Of a stretch of DNA of 64,000 nt, positions 44,834 through 53,253 are shown piece after piece; position 1 is the first letter of the stretch; every line of letters starts with the position of its first letter. Source of the stretch: Phycisphaerae bacterium (GTDB lineage: Bacteria > Planctomycetota > Phycisphaerae > UBA1845); assembly GCA_963666835.2 (NCBI GenBank), contig CAXXGO010000003.1, positions 512,001-576,000 on the forward strand, read 5' to 3'. The position numbers were made by a program, and so were the translations under genes. The notes beneath the pieces are model-generated. The model was given only the letters and a program-made list of their open reading frames with translations, made no database searches and was not told the DNA's origin.

Positions 44834-46993
44834 ATGCCAGAACAGCATGACAGCCCGGAAGAGGCCGGCCAGTGGCCTCGACCGCTGTTCTCGAGCTTCG
44901 GGCTGACGCGAGTCGCTCATCGCGTGACCATACTCGTCGTTATCGGCGTTACCTTGTACGCCTTCGCCGGTGTAGCGGCAAATGGTTTCGTAGATTGGGA
45001 TGACAACTTCGTCATAACGGAGAACGAAAGATACCGCGGGTTTGACACCGGCCATCTCACCTGGATGTTCACGACTGGATTCGCAGGGCACTACCAACCC
45101 CTTACCTGGCTCTCGTTTGCCGTTGATGCAAGGATCTGGGGGGTGAATGCCGCCGGATTCCACGTTACCAGTCTAGCCCTTCATGTGATTACATCTGTTG
45201 TATTCCTCCTGCTGTCGCACCGCCTTCTGGTAGCGGCCTTTCCGCATATTGCCGGGGATGGGATCGCGGTCGGAGCACTCGCGGGCGCTCTGCTCTTCGC
45301 GATCCACCCACTCCGGGTCGAGTCGGTTGCTTGGGCAACGGAGCGACGAGACGTACTCAGCGGAATGTGGCTGACTCTGACCGTCCTGTTCTATACGCGG
45401 GCGGTTGCCGCGGAGACAGGGCCGACGTATCGCCGTCTCTTCGCAGCCTCTCTGGTTTGCTACACCCTGTCTCTTCTCTCGAAGGCGGCCGGAATGACCA
45501 TCCCGATAGTGCTTCTCGTTCTTGATGCGTACCCATTTCGCCGCAATGACATCGCTGCGCGTACCGCAAACCGAACGCCCCTCTCCCGTATCCTCTGGGA
45601 GAAAGTCGCGTTTGCGGTTCCGGCTACTGCCGCGGCGTTGCTGGCGTTGTGGGCTCAGGGGCAGGCGGGAGCGCTGCGATCCTCCATCGATCACCCCCTG
45701 AGCCTCCGAGTTGCCCAGGCGTTCTACGGGATCGCCTTCTACATCGTTAAAACAGTCTGGCCCAGCAGCTTGAATCCGCTCTACGAGCAAAACCCGGAGG
45801 CCTCGCCGTGGGCCTATGCCAACATCATGTCCGCGGCCATCGTAATTGCGATTTCCATCGTGCTGTGGAGAGTACGGCGTCGTTGTCCGGGAATGGCTGC
45901 GGCATGGCTCGTGTATCTGACCCTGCTTGCTCCGGTTCTGGGTCTGGCCCAGAGCGGTCCCCAAGTCGTTGCCGATCGATACTCGTATCTATCCTGCATG
46001 GCCTGGGCGGTGCTAATGGGCGGCGGAGTGGCCCGACTCTGGCACACACCCCGCATGCGATACCCCGTGGTCATCGGACTCGTCATCTTGGTCGGGGCTC
46101 TCTCACTGCTGACGAAAGCGCAAGTCGGCGTGTGGAAGGACTCGGAGACTCTCTGGACAACAGTCCTGGATCGCGCTCCTCGCACCGGAACCGCTCATGC
46201 CAACCTCGCCGCGCTACGAAACAGCCAGGGACAGTATGCGGATGCACGGCGGCACAGTCGAGCCTGTCTGGATATTCTGCCGGGTAATCGGACGGCGCAT
46301 ATCGCGCTGGCCAGAAGTTCCGCCGAACTAGATGATCTGGGCACCGCTGAACAGCATTACGAGATCGCCCTGACCATTCGTCCTGATGATCCGCCGCGGC
46401 TGGTTGCTCTGGCCCACGTCAAGGACCGTATGAACCGACCTCAAGAAGCCGAGGCGCTCTACCGCCGGGTGATCGAGCTTGACCCCATGTCCCCGTTCGG
46501 GCATTACAACCTTGCGGGCTTCCTGGCGAACCGAGAAAAACTTGCCGAGGCAGAACGTCCGTTGCGGGAAGCGGCTCGCCTGGCTCCCACCGACCCGAAC
46601 ATCTGGCTCCGGTTGGCAGCCGTCTGTTCCGCGCTAAACCGACCCGCTGATGCCGTGACCGCATTGGAGACGGGCCTTCTCAATGTTCCAGGCGACGTGT
46701 CACTTTCGGCGCGACTTGCGTGGATCCTCGCCACGTGCCACGACGACGCTCTGCGTGACGGACGTCGGGCTCTTAGCTTAGCGCAGACTGCCGCCCGCTT
46801 GAGCGATCAGCCCGGTCCGATAGTTGTCGAGGCTATCGCCGCTGCCCACGCGGAGCTGGGCGACTTTGCCGCCGCCGCCGCGGTTATCGATAACCTCTTG
46901 AAAAGCAGCGTTTCTTCGCTATCCGAGAAAACGATACAACGACTCGAATCGCAGCGTAACCGCTACGAAGCCGGGCAACCCGCCAGAGAGTAA
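44834..46993 (+). CDS. TMTC-like GT-C membrane glycosyltransferase with TPR repeats
   Basis: NGFVDWDD, HYQPLTWLS, FAIHPLRVESVAWATERRDVL, LLSK, ADRYSYL, VWKDSETLW, then TPRs. Confidence 0.88.
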   Translation: MPEQHDSPEEAGQWPRPLFSSFGLTRVAHRVTILVVIGVTLYAFAGVAANGFVDWDDNFVITENERYRGFDTGHLTWMFTTGFAGHYQPLTWLSFAVDARIWGVNAAGFHVTSLALHVITSVVFLLLSHRLLVAAFPHIAGDGIAVGALAGALLFAIHPLRVESVAWATERRDVLSGMWLTLTVLFYTRAVAAETGPTYRRLFAASLVCYTLSLLSKAAGMTIPIVLLVLDAYPFRRNDIAARTANRTPLSRILWEKVAFAVPATAAALLALWAQGQAGALRSSIDHPLSLRVAQAFYGIAFYIVKTVWPSSLNPLYEQNPEASPWAYANIMSAAIVIAISIVLWRVRRRCPGMAAAWLVYLTLLAPVLGLAQSGPQVVADRYSYLSCMAWAVLMGGGVARLWHTPRMRYPVVIGLVILVGALSLLTKAQVGVWKDSETLWTTVLDRAPRTGTAHANLAALRNSQGQYADARRHSRACLDILPGNRTAHIALARSSAELDDLGTAEQHYEIALTIRPDDPPRLVALAHVKDRMNRPQEAEALYRRVIELDPMSPFGHYNLAGFLANREKLAEAERPLREAARLAPTDPNIWLRLAAVCSALNRPADAVTALETGLLNVPGDVSLSARLAWILATCHDDALRDGRRALSLAQTAARLSDQPGPIVVEAIAAAHAELGDFAAAAAVIDNLLKSSVSSLSEKTIQRLESQRNRYEAGQPARE

Positions 46994-47291
46994 TCCGTGT
47001 TCAGCGATCACAAGTCGTAAACTGCACAAGAGGGGCTCTCGCTTTCGAGGGGTTGCCGAAATCGCGGCTTTGCCATACATTCCGCAGCCTACCCGGCGCT
47101 CGCGAGAGGTTGATACGCGAGAGATTCGTTCGGACGTCGCGCACGCATCTTACCCGACGACCGGTCCGGCGCGCGAGCAATTGCTTGCCCCGAACTTGTC
47201 GCCGACTATGCTGGGCCGACCGAACCGTTTCGGTCAGGAATGCGTTTGCTTACTGGGACCTGTGGTTACTGAGAATGCTTGAGGAAAGGTT

Positions 47292-48620
47292 ATGGCTACG
47301 TCTTCGAAGAACCGGATAAAAGTGATCATTGTCGGGGCGGCCGGCCGCGATTTCCACGATTTCAATACCTTCTGGGGCAAGGACCCGCGGTATCAGGTCG
47401 TGGCATTTACCGCCGCGCAGATCCCCGATATCCACGGGCGCACGTACCCGCGCGTACTTGCCGGGAAGCGCTATCCGCGCGGTATCCCGATTGAGCCCGA
47501 AGAGAAACTCGCAGAACTGATCGAGAAGTATGATGTAGATCAGGTTGCCATGGCCTACTCCGATCTGCCGTACGAGCAGGTGATGCACAAAGCCGCCCTG
47601 GCCAACGCCGCCGGGGCGGATTTCCGGATTCTCGGCCCGCGCTACACGATGATCGAGTCGAAAAAGCCAGTCATCGCAGTTTGCGCCGTGCGGACCGGAT
47701 GCGGTAAGAGCCAGACCTCGCGGGCCGTCACCGAGGTTCTCAAGTCCATGGGCAAGCGGGTCGCGGCGATCCGCCATCCCATGCCGTACGGCGATCTGAC
47801 CAAGCAGATTTGCCAGCGGTTTGCCAAGTTGGAGGATCTCGACCTCCACGATTGCACGATCGAGGAACGCGAAGAATACGAACCGCACATTCAGGCAGGC
47901 AACATCGTTTTCGCCGGCGTGGACTACGGGAAGATCCTCAAGGCCGCCGAGAAGGAGGCTGACGTCATTCTCTGGGACGGCGGCAACAATGACACGGCCT
48001 TCTACAAGCCGGATCTGTACATTACCGTGGCCGACCCGCACAGGCCGGGACATGAGCTGTGCTACTATCCTGGCGAAACCAACGTCAGGCTCGCCGATAT
48101 CGTGGTCGTTAATAAGGTCGACACGGCCGATCCGAACGACGTCAAGCAGGTGGTGGCCAACGTCAAGTCGCTCAATAGCGACGCCAGGATCATCAAAGCT
48201 AAGTCCCCGGTCACGGTCAGCGATCCCGCAGCCGTCAAAGGGAAGCGCGTTCTCGTGGTGGAAGACGGTCCGACCCTCACTCACGGAGAAATGACCTTCG
48301 GTGCCGGTCATGTGGCGGCCAAGAAGTACGGTGCCCGGATGATCGTAGACCCGCGGCCGTTTGCCGTAGGCTCCATCAAAAAGACGTATCAGAAGTACAG
48401 CCACATGACGGAGATCCTCCCGGCCATGGGCTACGGCGCCAAGCAGATGAAGGAGCTCGAGCGGACGATCAACGCGGTGAAGTGCGATCTTGTCCTCATC
48501 GGCACGCCTATCGACCTGGCGCGGATGATGAAGATCAACAAGCCGAGCCTGCGAGTGAATTACGAACTGGGTAAGCCGGCGACCAGGGCGCTGCGCGACG
48601 CAATTGCGGAGGTCGTCTAG
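47292..48620 (+). CDS. arcE: Arginine synthetase ArcE-like P-loop enzyme (often annotated cyclic 2,3-diphosphoglycerate synthetase-like/GTPase)
   Basis: GAAGRDFHDFN, VVAFTAAQIP, AVRTGCGKSQT, RHPMPYGDL, TIEEREEYEPH, WDGGNND, VEDGPTLTHG, LPAMGY; adjacent to carbamate kinase and OTC. Confidence 0.8.
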   Translation: MATSSKNRIKVIIVGAAGRDFHDFNTFWGKDPRYQVVAFTAAQIPDIHGRTYPRVLAGKRYPRGIPIEPEEKLAELIEKYDVDQVAMAYSDLPYEQVMHKAALANAAGADFRILGPRYTMIESKKPVIAVCAVRTGCGKSQTSRAVTEVLKSMGKRVAAIRHPMPYGDLTKQICQRFAKLEDLDLHDCTIEEREEYEPHIQAGNIVFAGVDYGKILKAAEKEADVILWDGGNNDTAFYKPDLYITVADPHRPGHELCYYPGETNVRLADIVVVNKVDTADPNDVKQVVANVKSLNSDARIIKAKSPVTVSDPAAVKGKRVLVVEDGPTLTHGEMTFGAGHVAAKKYGARMIVDPRPFAVGSIKKTYQKYSHMTEILPAMGYGAKQMKELERTINAVKCDLVLIGTPIDLARMMKINKPSLRVNYELGKPATRALRDAIAEVV

Positions 48621-48645
48621 GGCCACCTCACGCCTCCAGGTTTTC

Positions 48646-48672
48646 GGGTGTGCCACTGCTCTTGAGCAGGGC
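48646..48672 (+). repeat. REP-like palindrome
   Basis: GGGTGTGCCA-CTGCTC-TT-GAGCAG; its GGGTGT lead resembles the minus-strand reading of the element at 22382-22411. Confidence 0.4.
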
Positions 48673-48797
48673 GGCGCCACGGTACGAATGGAACGCGAAC
48701 CTCCAGGCGTGACAAAGCGCTAGACTTCGACGCTGGGCAGCGAAGTGCAGGCTGCAATGCCACAGCCGCATCGCACTTGTTTGCTGATGAAGGCCAC

Positions 48798-48838
48798 GCC
48801 GGGGCCGCCTGTTTCGGGCGGCGCCCGGCGTTTCTTTT
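48798..48838 (+). terminator. GC-rich hairpin + T-tract between convergent genes
   Basis: GCCGGGGCCGCCTG-TTT-CGGGCGGCGCCCGGC followed by GTTTCTTTT. Confidence 0.55.
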
Positions 48839-48932
48839 GCATATGCCGGTTACGTTGCGCCGACTGGTCTGCGGCACGGCTCCGCGGTTTTTCAGAATCA
48901 CCGTGCGGTGCCTGCACCACGCGAGCAAACCG

Positions 48933-49895
48933 CTACTGCGCGGTGATTACGGTGCCGGCCTGCCCTACAATCGCTTGGGCGGCTTGGTCCAGAGACCCGA
49001 TGATCACCCGGGCATCGGCACGATCGGAACCACGTAGGAACTGGAGTGCCCCGGCGACCTTCGGCCCCATGGATCCCGCCCCGAACTGCCCGCTGTCGAG
49101 CCACTTCTGGGCCTCGTTGACGCTCAATCGGTCCAGCGCCTTCTCATCCGGCTTGCCGAAGTTGAGGCAGATTCGATCGACGTTGGTCAGGATCATCATG
49201 GTGTCGGCGCCCAACTCGCGGGCGAGCAGTGCGCTGGCGAGGTCCTTGTCGATTACCGCGCAGACCCCGTTCGTCCTGCCCTGCGAGTCTCGTACGACGG
49301 GGATCCCCCCGCCACCACAGGCGACCAGGAGGTCTCCAGCACGGACGGAACGCTTGATTAGCTCAATCTCCATCACGCGGCGGGGATGCGGTGACGGAAC
49401 CACTCGGCGAAACTTGCCCGGCTGAATTTCCTTGATGGTCCAACGCCCGTCACGGCGAAGTTCCTCGGCCTCCTCATCGCTCATGAAGCGACCGATGGGT
49501 TTGGTCGGCTCATCAAACGACGGATCGTCATGGTCGACCAGCACGGTCGTGATAATCGTATTCACCACGACGTTCTTGTGCCCGCGATCGCTTAATTCGT
49601 TGGCCAGGGTCTGGGCGATCATGAAGCCCATGCCGCCCTGGACGTGAGCTGAAGCCACCTCCATCGGCAACGGATAAACCGCCGTCGCTGCGGCATCGTT
49701 GCGGACCAGGAAGTTGCCGATCTGGGGGCCGTTGCCGTGAGTGACCACGAGTCGACACCCTCGCTCGACGAGATCGGCCAGCGGCTTCGCCGCCGCCCGG
49801 GAGTTGGCGAACTGGTCATCGACGTTCCCCTCCGAATCGGGGTCCGTAATTGCGTTTCCGCCGAGAGCTACGACTATCAGTTCGCCATCTGCCAT
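48933..49895 (-). CDS. arcC: Carbamate kinase
   Basis: VVALGGNA, THGNGPQIG, PTKPIG, RRVVPSP, CGGGGIPV, AVIDKD, GSMGPKV. Confidence 0.96.
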   Translation of the reverse strand: MADGELIVVALGGNAITDPDSEGNVDDQFANSRAAAKPLADLVERGCRLVVTHGNGPQIGNFLVRNDAAATAVYPLPMEVASAHVQGGMGFMIAQTLANELSDRGHKNVVVNTIITTVLVDHDDPSFDEPTKPIGRFMSDEEAEELRRDGRWTIKEIQPGKFRRVVPSPHPRRVMEIELIKRSVRAGDLLVACGGGGIPVVRDSQGRTNGVCAVIDKDLASALLARELGADTMMILTNVDRICLNFGKPDEKALDRLSVNEAQKWLDSGQFGAGSMGPKVAGALQFLRGSDRADARVIIGSLDQAAQAIVGQAGTVITAQ

Positions 49896-50070
49896 AAGCC
49901 CAACCCAGCCAATAGTGCCAACCGCCCCGCCTGCCCAGGAAGTAGCCGGGAGCGTAGTTGTTATCAGGCATCCCCGCAACGCTCCGCGGGGAGTACTTCG
50001 GCCGCATTGTCGTCAAAGTTGAACGGGGTGCGCCCGACCTATTCCCAGCTCCGATTCGTCCCCACCCGGA

Positions 50071-50994
50071 TTAGCCGGCCAGATGAACCATCAGAGCCTT
50101 CTGCGCGTGCATGCGGTTCTCCGCCTGATCGAAGATCGCGGAGTTCGGTAGCCGCGACGTGGCGTAATCGATTTCCTCATCGTAGTGGGCCGGCAGACAA
50201 TGCAGCACAACCGCATCGGGCGCGGCGATCTTCATAATCTCGCCGTCTATGCGGTACTTGGCGAACGCGGTCCGCCGCGCGGCCGCCTCGTTCTCCTGCC
50301 CCATTGACGCCCACACATCCGTATAAAGAACATCCGCCCCGCGTGCCGCGGACAAGTCATTAGCAATCGTTATCTTGGATCCGGTAGTTGCCGCGGCATC
50401 GTTAGCCAGGGCAACCACGTCCTTCTGCGGCTCGTGCCCCGGCGGGGTAATTACGGTCATGTTCATCCCCACCCGAGCAGCACCGAGCATCAGCGAATTG
50501 GCAACGTTGTTCCCGTCACCGATGAAGCACATAGTCACGCCGTCGAGTTTGCCCTTGCGCTCCAGGACCGTTTGGAAGTCGGCCATGATCTGGCACGGGT
50601 GCTCGTAGTCGCTTAAGCCGTTGATGACCGGTACGGTTGCATGCTTGGCGAGTTCCTGCACGGTATCATGGCCGAACACTCGGGCCATTATCACGTCCAC
50701 ATAACGGGAAAGGACCAGCGCGATATCCTCGGTGGTCTCGCGTTTTCCCAGGCTGATGTCCGCGGGAGCCAGATAAATCGCATGCCCGCCCAACTGGGTC
50801 ATCCCAGTCTCGAAGGAGACTCGTGTACGTAGCGACGGCTTCAGGAAGATCATCGCCAGAGTCTTGCCCTGCAAATGCGACGAACCGGTTCCGGCCTCCT
50901 TCAGCTTCCGCGCAGTCTCAAGAACTTCCAGAATCTCCTCGGCGGAGAAATCCAACATGGAAACAAAATTACGACCCTTTAAATTCACAGCCAC
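50071..50994 (-). CDS. argF: Ornithine carbamoyltransferase (argF/arcB)
   Basis: KPSLRTRVSFE, VINGLS, HPCQ, GDGNNVA, YTDVWASMG, HCLP, QAENRMH; GTG 50994 follows GGAG. Confidence 0.93.
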   Translation of the reverse strand: MAVNLKGRNFVSMLDFSAEEILEVLETARKLKEAGTGSSHLQGKTLAMIFLKPSLRTRVSFETGMTQLGGHAIYLAPADISLGKRETTEDIALVLSRYVDVIMARVFGHDTVQELAKHATVPVINGLSDYEHPCQIMADFQTVLERKGKLDGVTMCFIGDGNNVANSLMLGAARVGMNMTVITPPGHEPQKDVVALANDAAATTGSKITIANDLSAARGADVLYTDVWASMGQENEAAARRTAFAKYRIDGEIMKIAAPDAVVLHCLPAHYDEEIDYATSRLPNSAIFDQAENRMHAQKALMVHLAG

Positions 50995-51045
50995 GGCTAA
51001 TACTCCAGTCTTAGCCCTCCGCTCTGGGAGGGGCCAACCCCACTC

Positions 51046-51067
51046 GTAACGCAGGCTTCCAGCCTGC
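51046..51067 (+). repeat. REP element (same family as 22926-22947)
   Basis: GTAAC-GCAGGCT-TCC-AGCCTGC in the rocD-argF spacer. Confidence 0.65.
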
Positions 51068-51089
51068 ACCCACCAAACCGCGTCGCCGG

Positions 51090-52286
51090 TTACGACACCA
51101 CCTTGGCAATTCGCTCAACCGCCCAGTCAATATCATCCCGCGTAATGCACAACGGCGGAGCGAGACGCATGGTTTGCTCGTGCGTATCCTTGCACAGCAT
51201 ACCCTCGGCCTTCAGCTTCTCGCAGAAGTCCCGAGCCACGCCCGCCTCCGGGTGGAATTCAATCCCGAACCACAAGCCCCGTCCCCGGATCTCCTTGATC
51301 TTGTCTGTCTTGATCGCACGGAGTTTGCCCATCAGATACTCGCCGAGTTCCTTGGCGTTATCCTGGTATTTGTTGCTCTTGAGAATTTCGACGACCTTCC
51401 GGGCGACCGCACAAGCCAGAGGATTGCCGCCGAAGGTACTGCCATGACTCCCCGGGGTGAACACACTAAGTATGTCGCGAGATGAAACTACCGCGGAGAT
51501 CGGCATGATCCCGCCGCCCAGGGCTTTGCCCAAAATGTACATGTCCGGTTTGACGTCCTCGGTGTCGCAGCAGAAGGTCGCCCCACATCGCCCCAGACCG
51601 GCCTGAATCTCGTCGGCGATTAACAGGATGTTCTTCTCGGTGCATAACGTTCGCACTTGCTGCAGATAACCCGGCGGCGGCATGATGATCCCGGCCTCGC
51701 CCTGAATCGGCTCAACCAGAAACGCCACCGTATTGTCGTCGATCGCGTTGCGCAGGGCTTCGATATCACCGTATTCGACAATCTCGAATCCCGGCGTGAA
51801 CGGCCCGAACCCCTCGCGGCAGACCGGGTCCGTGCTGAAGCTGATGATCGTCGTGGTCCGCCCGTGGAAGTTGTCGCCGCAGCAGATCACTTTCGCCTGA
51901 TTCGCCGGGACCCCCTTCTTCTGGTACCCCCATCTCCGGGCGGTCTTGATCGCGGTCTCCACCCCTTCCGCGCCGGTGTTCATCGGCAGTACCATCTCCA
52001 TCCCGCACAGGGCCGCCAGCTCCCGGCACATCGGGCCGAGCTGATCGTTGTGAAAGGCCCGGGAGGTCAGGGTTACGCGGTCGAGCTGCAATCGAGCGGC
52101 CTCGATCAGCTCCTCGTGACCGTGCCCGAAGTTAACCGCCGAATAGGCCGCCAGCATGTCCATGTACCGGTTCCCGTCGACGTCCTCGACCCAGACCCCC
52201 TTGGCCTTGGAAACCACTACCGGCAGCGGGTGGTAATTGTGAGCGGCACACTCTTCGACCAACTCAATATGCTGCGACCCCGTCAT
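51090..52286 (-). CDS. rocD: Ornithine--oxo-acid aminotransferase
   Basis: AHNYHPLPVV, AYSAVNFGH, TLTSRAFHND, LPMNTGAE, FHGRT, EPIQGEAG, DEIQAGLGR, ILGKALGGG, HGSTFGGNPLA. Confidence 0.95.
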   Translation of the reverse strand: MTGSQHIELVEECAAHNYHPLPVVVSKAKGVWVEDVDGNRYMDMLAAYSAVNFGHGHEELIEAARLQLDRVTLTSRAFHNDQLGPMCRELAALCGMEMVLPMNTGAEGVETAIKTARRWGYQKKGVPANQAKVICCGDNFHGRTTTIISFSTDPVCREGFGPFTPGFEIVEYGDIEALRNAIDDNTVAFLVEPIQGEAGIIMPPPGYLQQVRTLCTEKNILLIADEIQAGLGRCGATFCCDTEDVKPDMYILGKALGGGIMPISAVVSSRDILSVFTPGSHGSTFGGNPLACAVARKVVEILKSNKYQDNAKELGEYLMGKLRAIKTDKIKEIRGRGLWFGIEFHPEAGVARDFCEKLKAEGMLCKDTHEQTMRLAPPLCITRDDIDWAVERIAKVVS

Positions 52287-52756
52287 TGCGACCTGCTCCT
52301 TCTGAGCCTGCGAATTCATCAAGAACCGTCCTTTCGTTCCGAAGCTTCTCACCGCCGGTGGCCGGCTACCCGATACGCCCGGGCCGGTCGCTCGGGCAGA
52401 CCTCAACGCTCCCGACACCCCCGAAACACCAGCAAGCGGCGGGAGTATACTCAACCCGGAACAGCCTAATCAAGCAGCCGAAAGCTCGGAAAACACTGCG
52501 AACCGAGCTACCCCCTCCTATCGCGTTTAAACCCTGATATGAACCCTGAAAGCCGCTGGATTCCCCCAAAAAAAGGCCGCTGGGGCCGTGATCTTCGCGA
52601 CGCCGGAGTCGTCTTCCCGACCGCCGGGCACGTCCACACCGGGTACCGTAGGTCGAGCCCGACCTACTTGCCTGGACCTACGTCAGCGGCGGCGTTCTTC
52701 GTGGTCGCAAGGAGCGTAATCGGGGGTGAGTCTGTCCGGAGATGTTCCACGCCGAT

Positions 52757-52828
52757 AGCCGACACAGGGAGTCGAACCCTGAACCTCAGCTTTACGAAAG
52801 CTGTGCTCTACCATTGAGCTATGTCGGC
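52757..52828 (-). tRNA. tRNA-Thr(CGT)
   Basis: GCCGACA acceptor stem, TAGCTCAATGGTAGAGC D-arm, CAGCT-TTCGTAA-AGCTG anticodon arm, GGTTCGACTCC T-arm; CCA not encoded. Confidence 0.95.
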
Positions 52829-52968
52829 AGCTACCCGAACTGCTGCTGCAAATCATGCATCAACAATCGCGGGCTGCACCGGTGCGGGCCACCAGCACCA
52901 AGTGACGGCTTCGCACTTGCCGCCATTTGTAGTAGTTTGCGCGCCTACGTCAATAGATCGGCAGCAGA

Positions 52969-53253
52969 TCACGTACGCTCCAGAGCGTATCGACTGACCC
53001 GATCGTACGTGGTGGCCAGGAAACCGACCAGGGGAAACCCCCCGCGCGGGAACGGGGACGGTCCCAACTGTTCGAGAAGTGCCAGCGAAGCGTCGGGCGG
53101 CTCGATTTTCACCTTAACGGTATCGAACTCGGGACCGGTCCGGGCGAAACGATCGAGCAAGTTTGCCGGCGGAGGCGAAGTCGGGTAGATCGTCGGCACG
53201 ATCTTCAAAGACGGCGGCATCTCATCGACGGTCTTGGGTGCGCGGTTCATCAT
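52969..53253 (-). CDS. Small hypothetical protein translationally coupled to the SNF2 gene
   Basis: ATG overlaps the SNF2 stop (TGATG); 94 aa, Pro-rich, EPPDASLALLEQLGPSPF. Confidence 0.6.
   Translation of the reverse strand: MMNRAPKTVDEMPPSLKIVPTIYPTSPPPANLLDRFARTGPEFDTVKVKIEPPDASLALLEQLGPSPFPRGGFPLVGFLATTYDRVSRYALERT

Noticed and set aside
50071..50994. N-acetyl/succinyl-ornithine transcarbamylase because of SLRT instead of STRT
   Set aside because: DVWASMG and HCLP ornithine-binding motifs are canonical OTC, and the context is arcC/rocD
47292..52286. Functional link between arginine-derived ammonia and the hzs-like operon
   Set aside because: About 14 kb apart with unrelated genes between them; no sequence evidence of co-regulation
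52757..52828. tRNA-Thr as an integration site of a genomic island
   Set aside because: No integrase and no duplicated tRNA 3' end seen in the window
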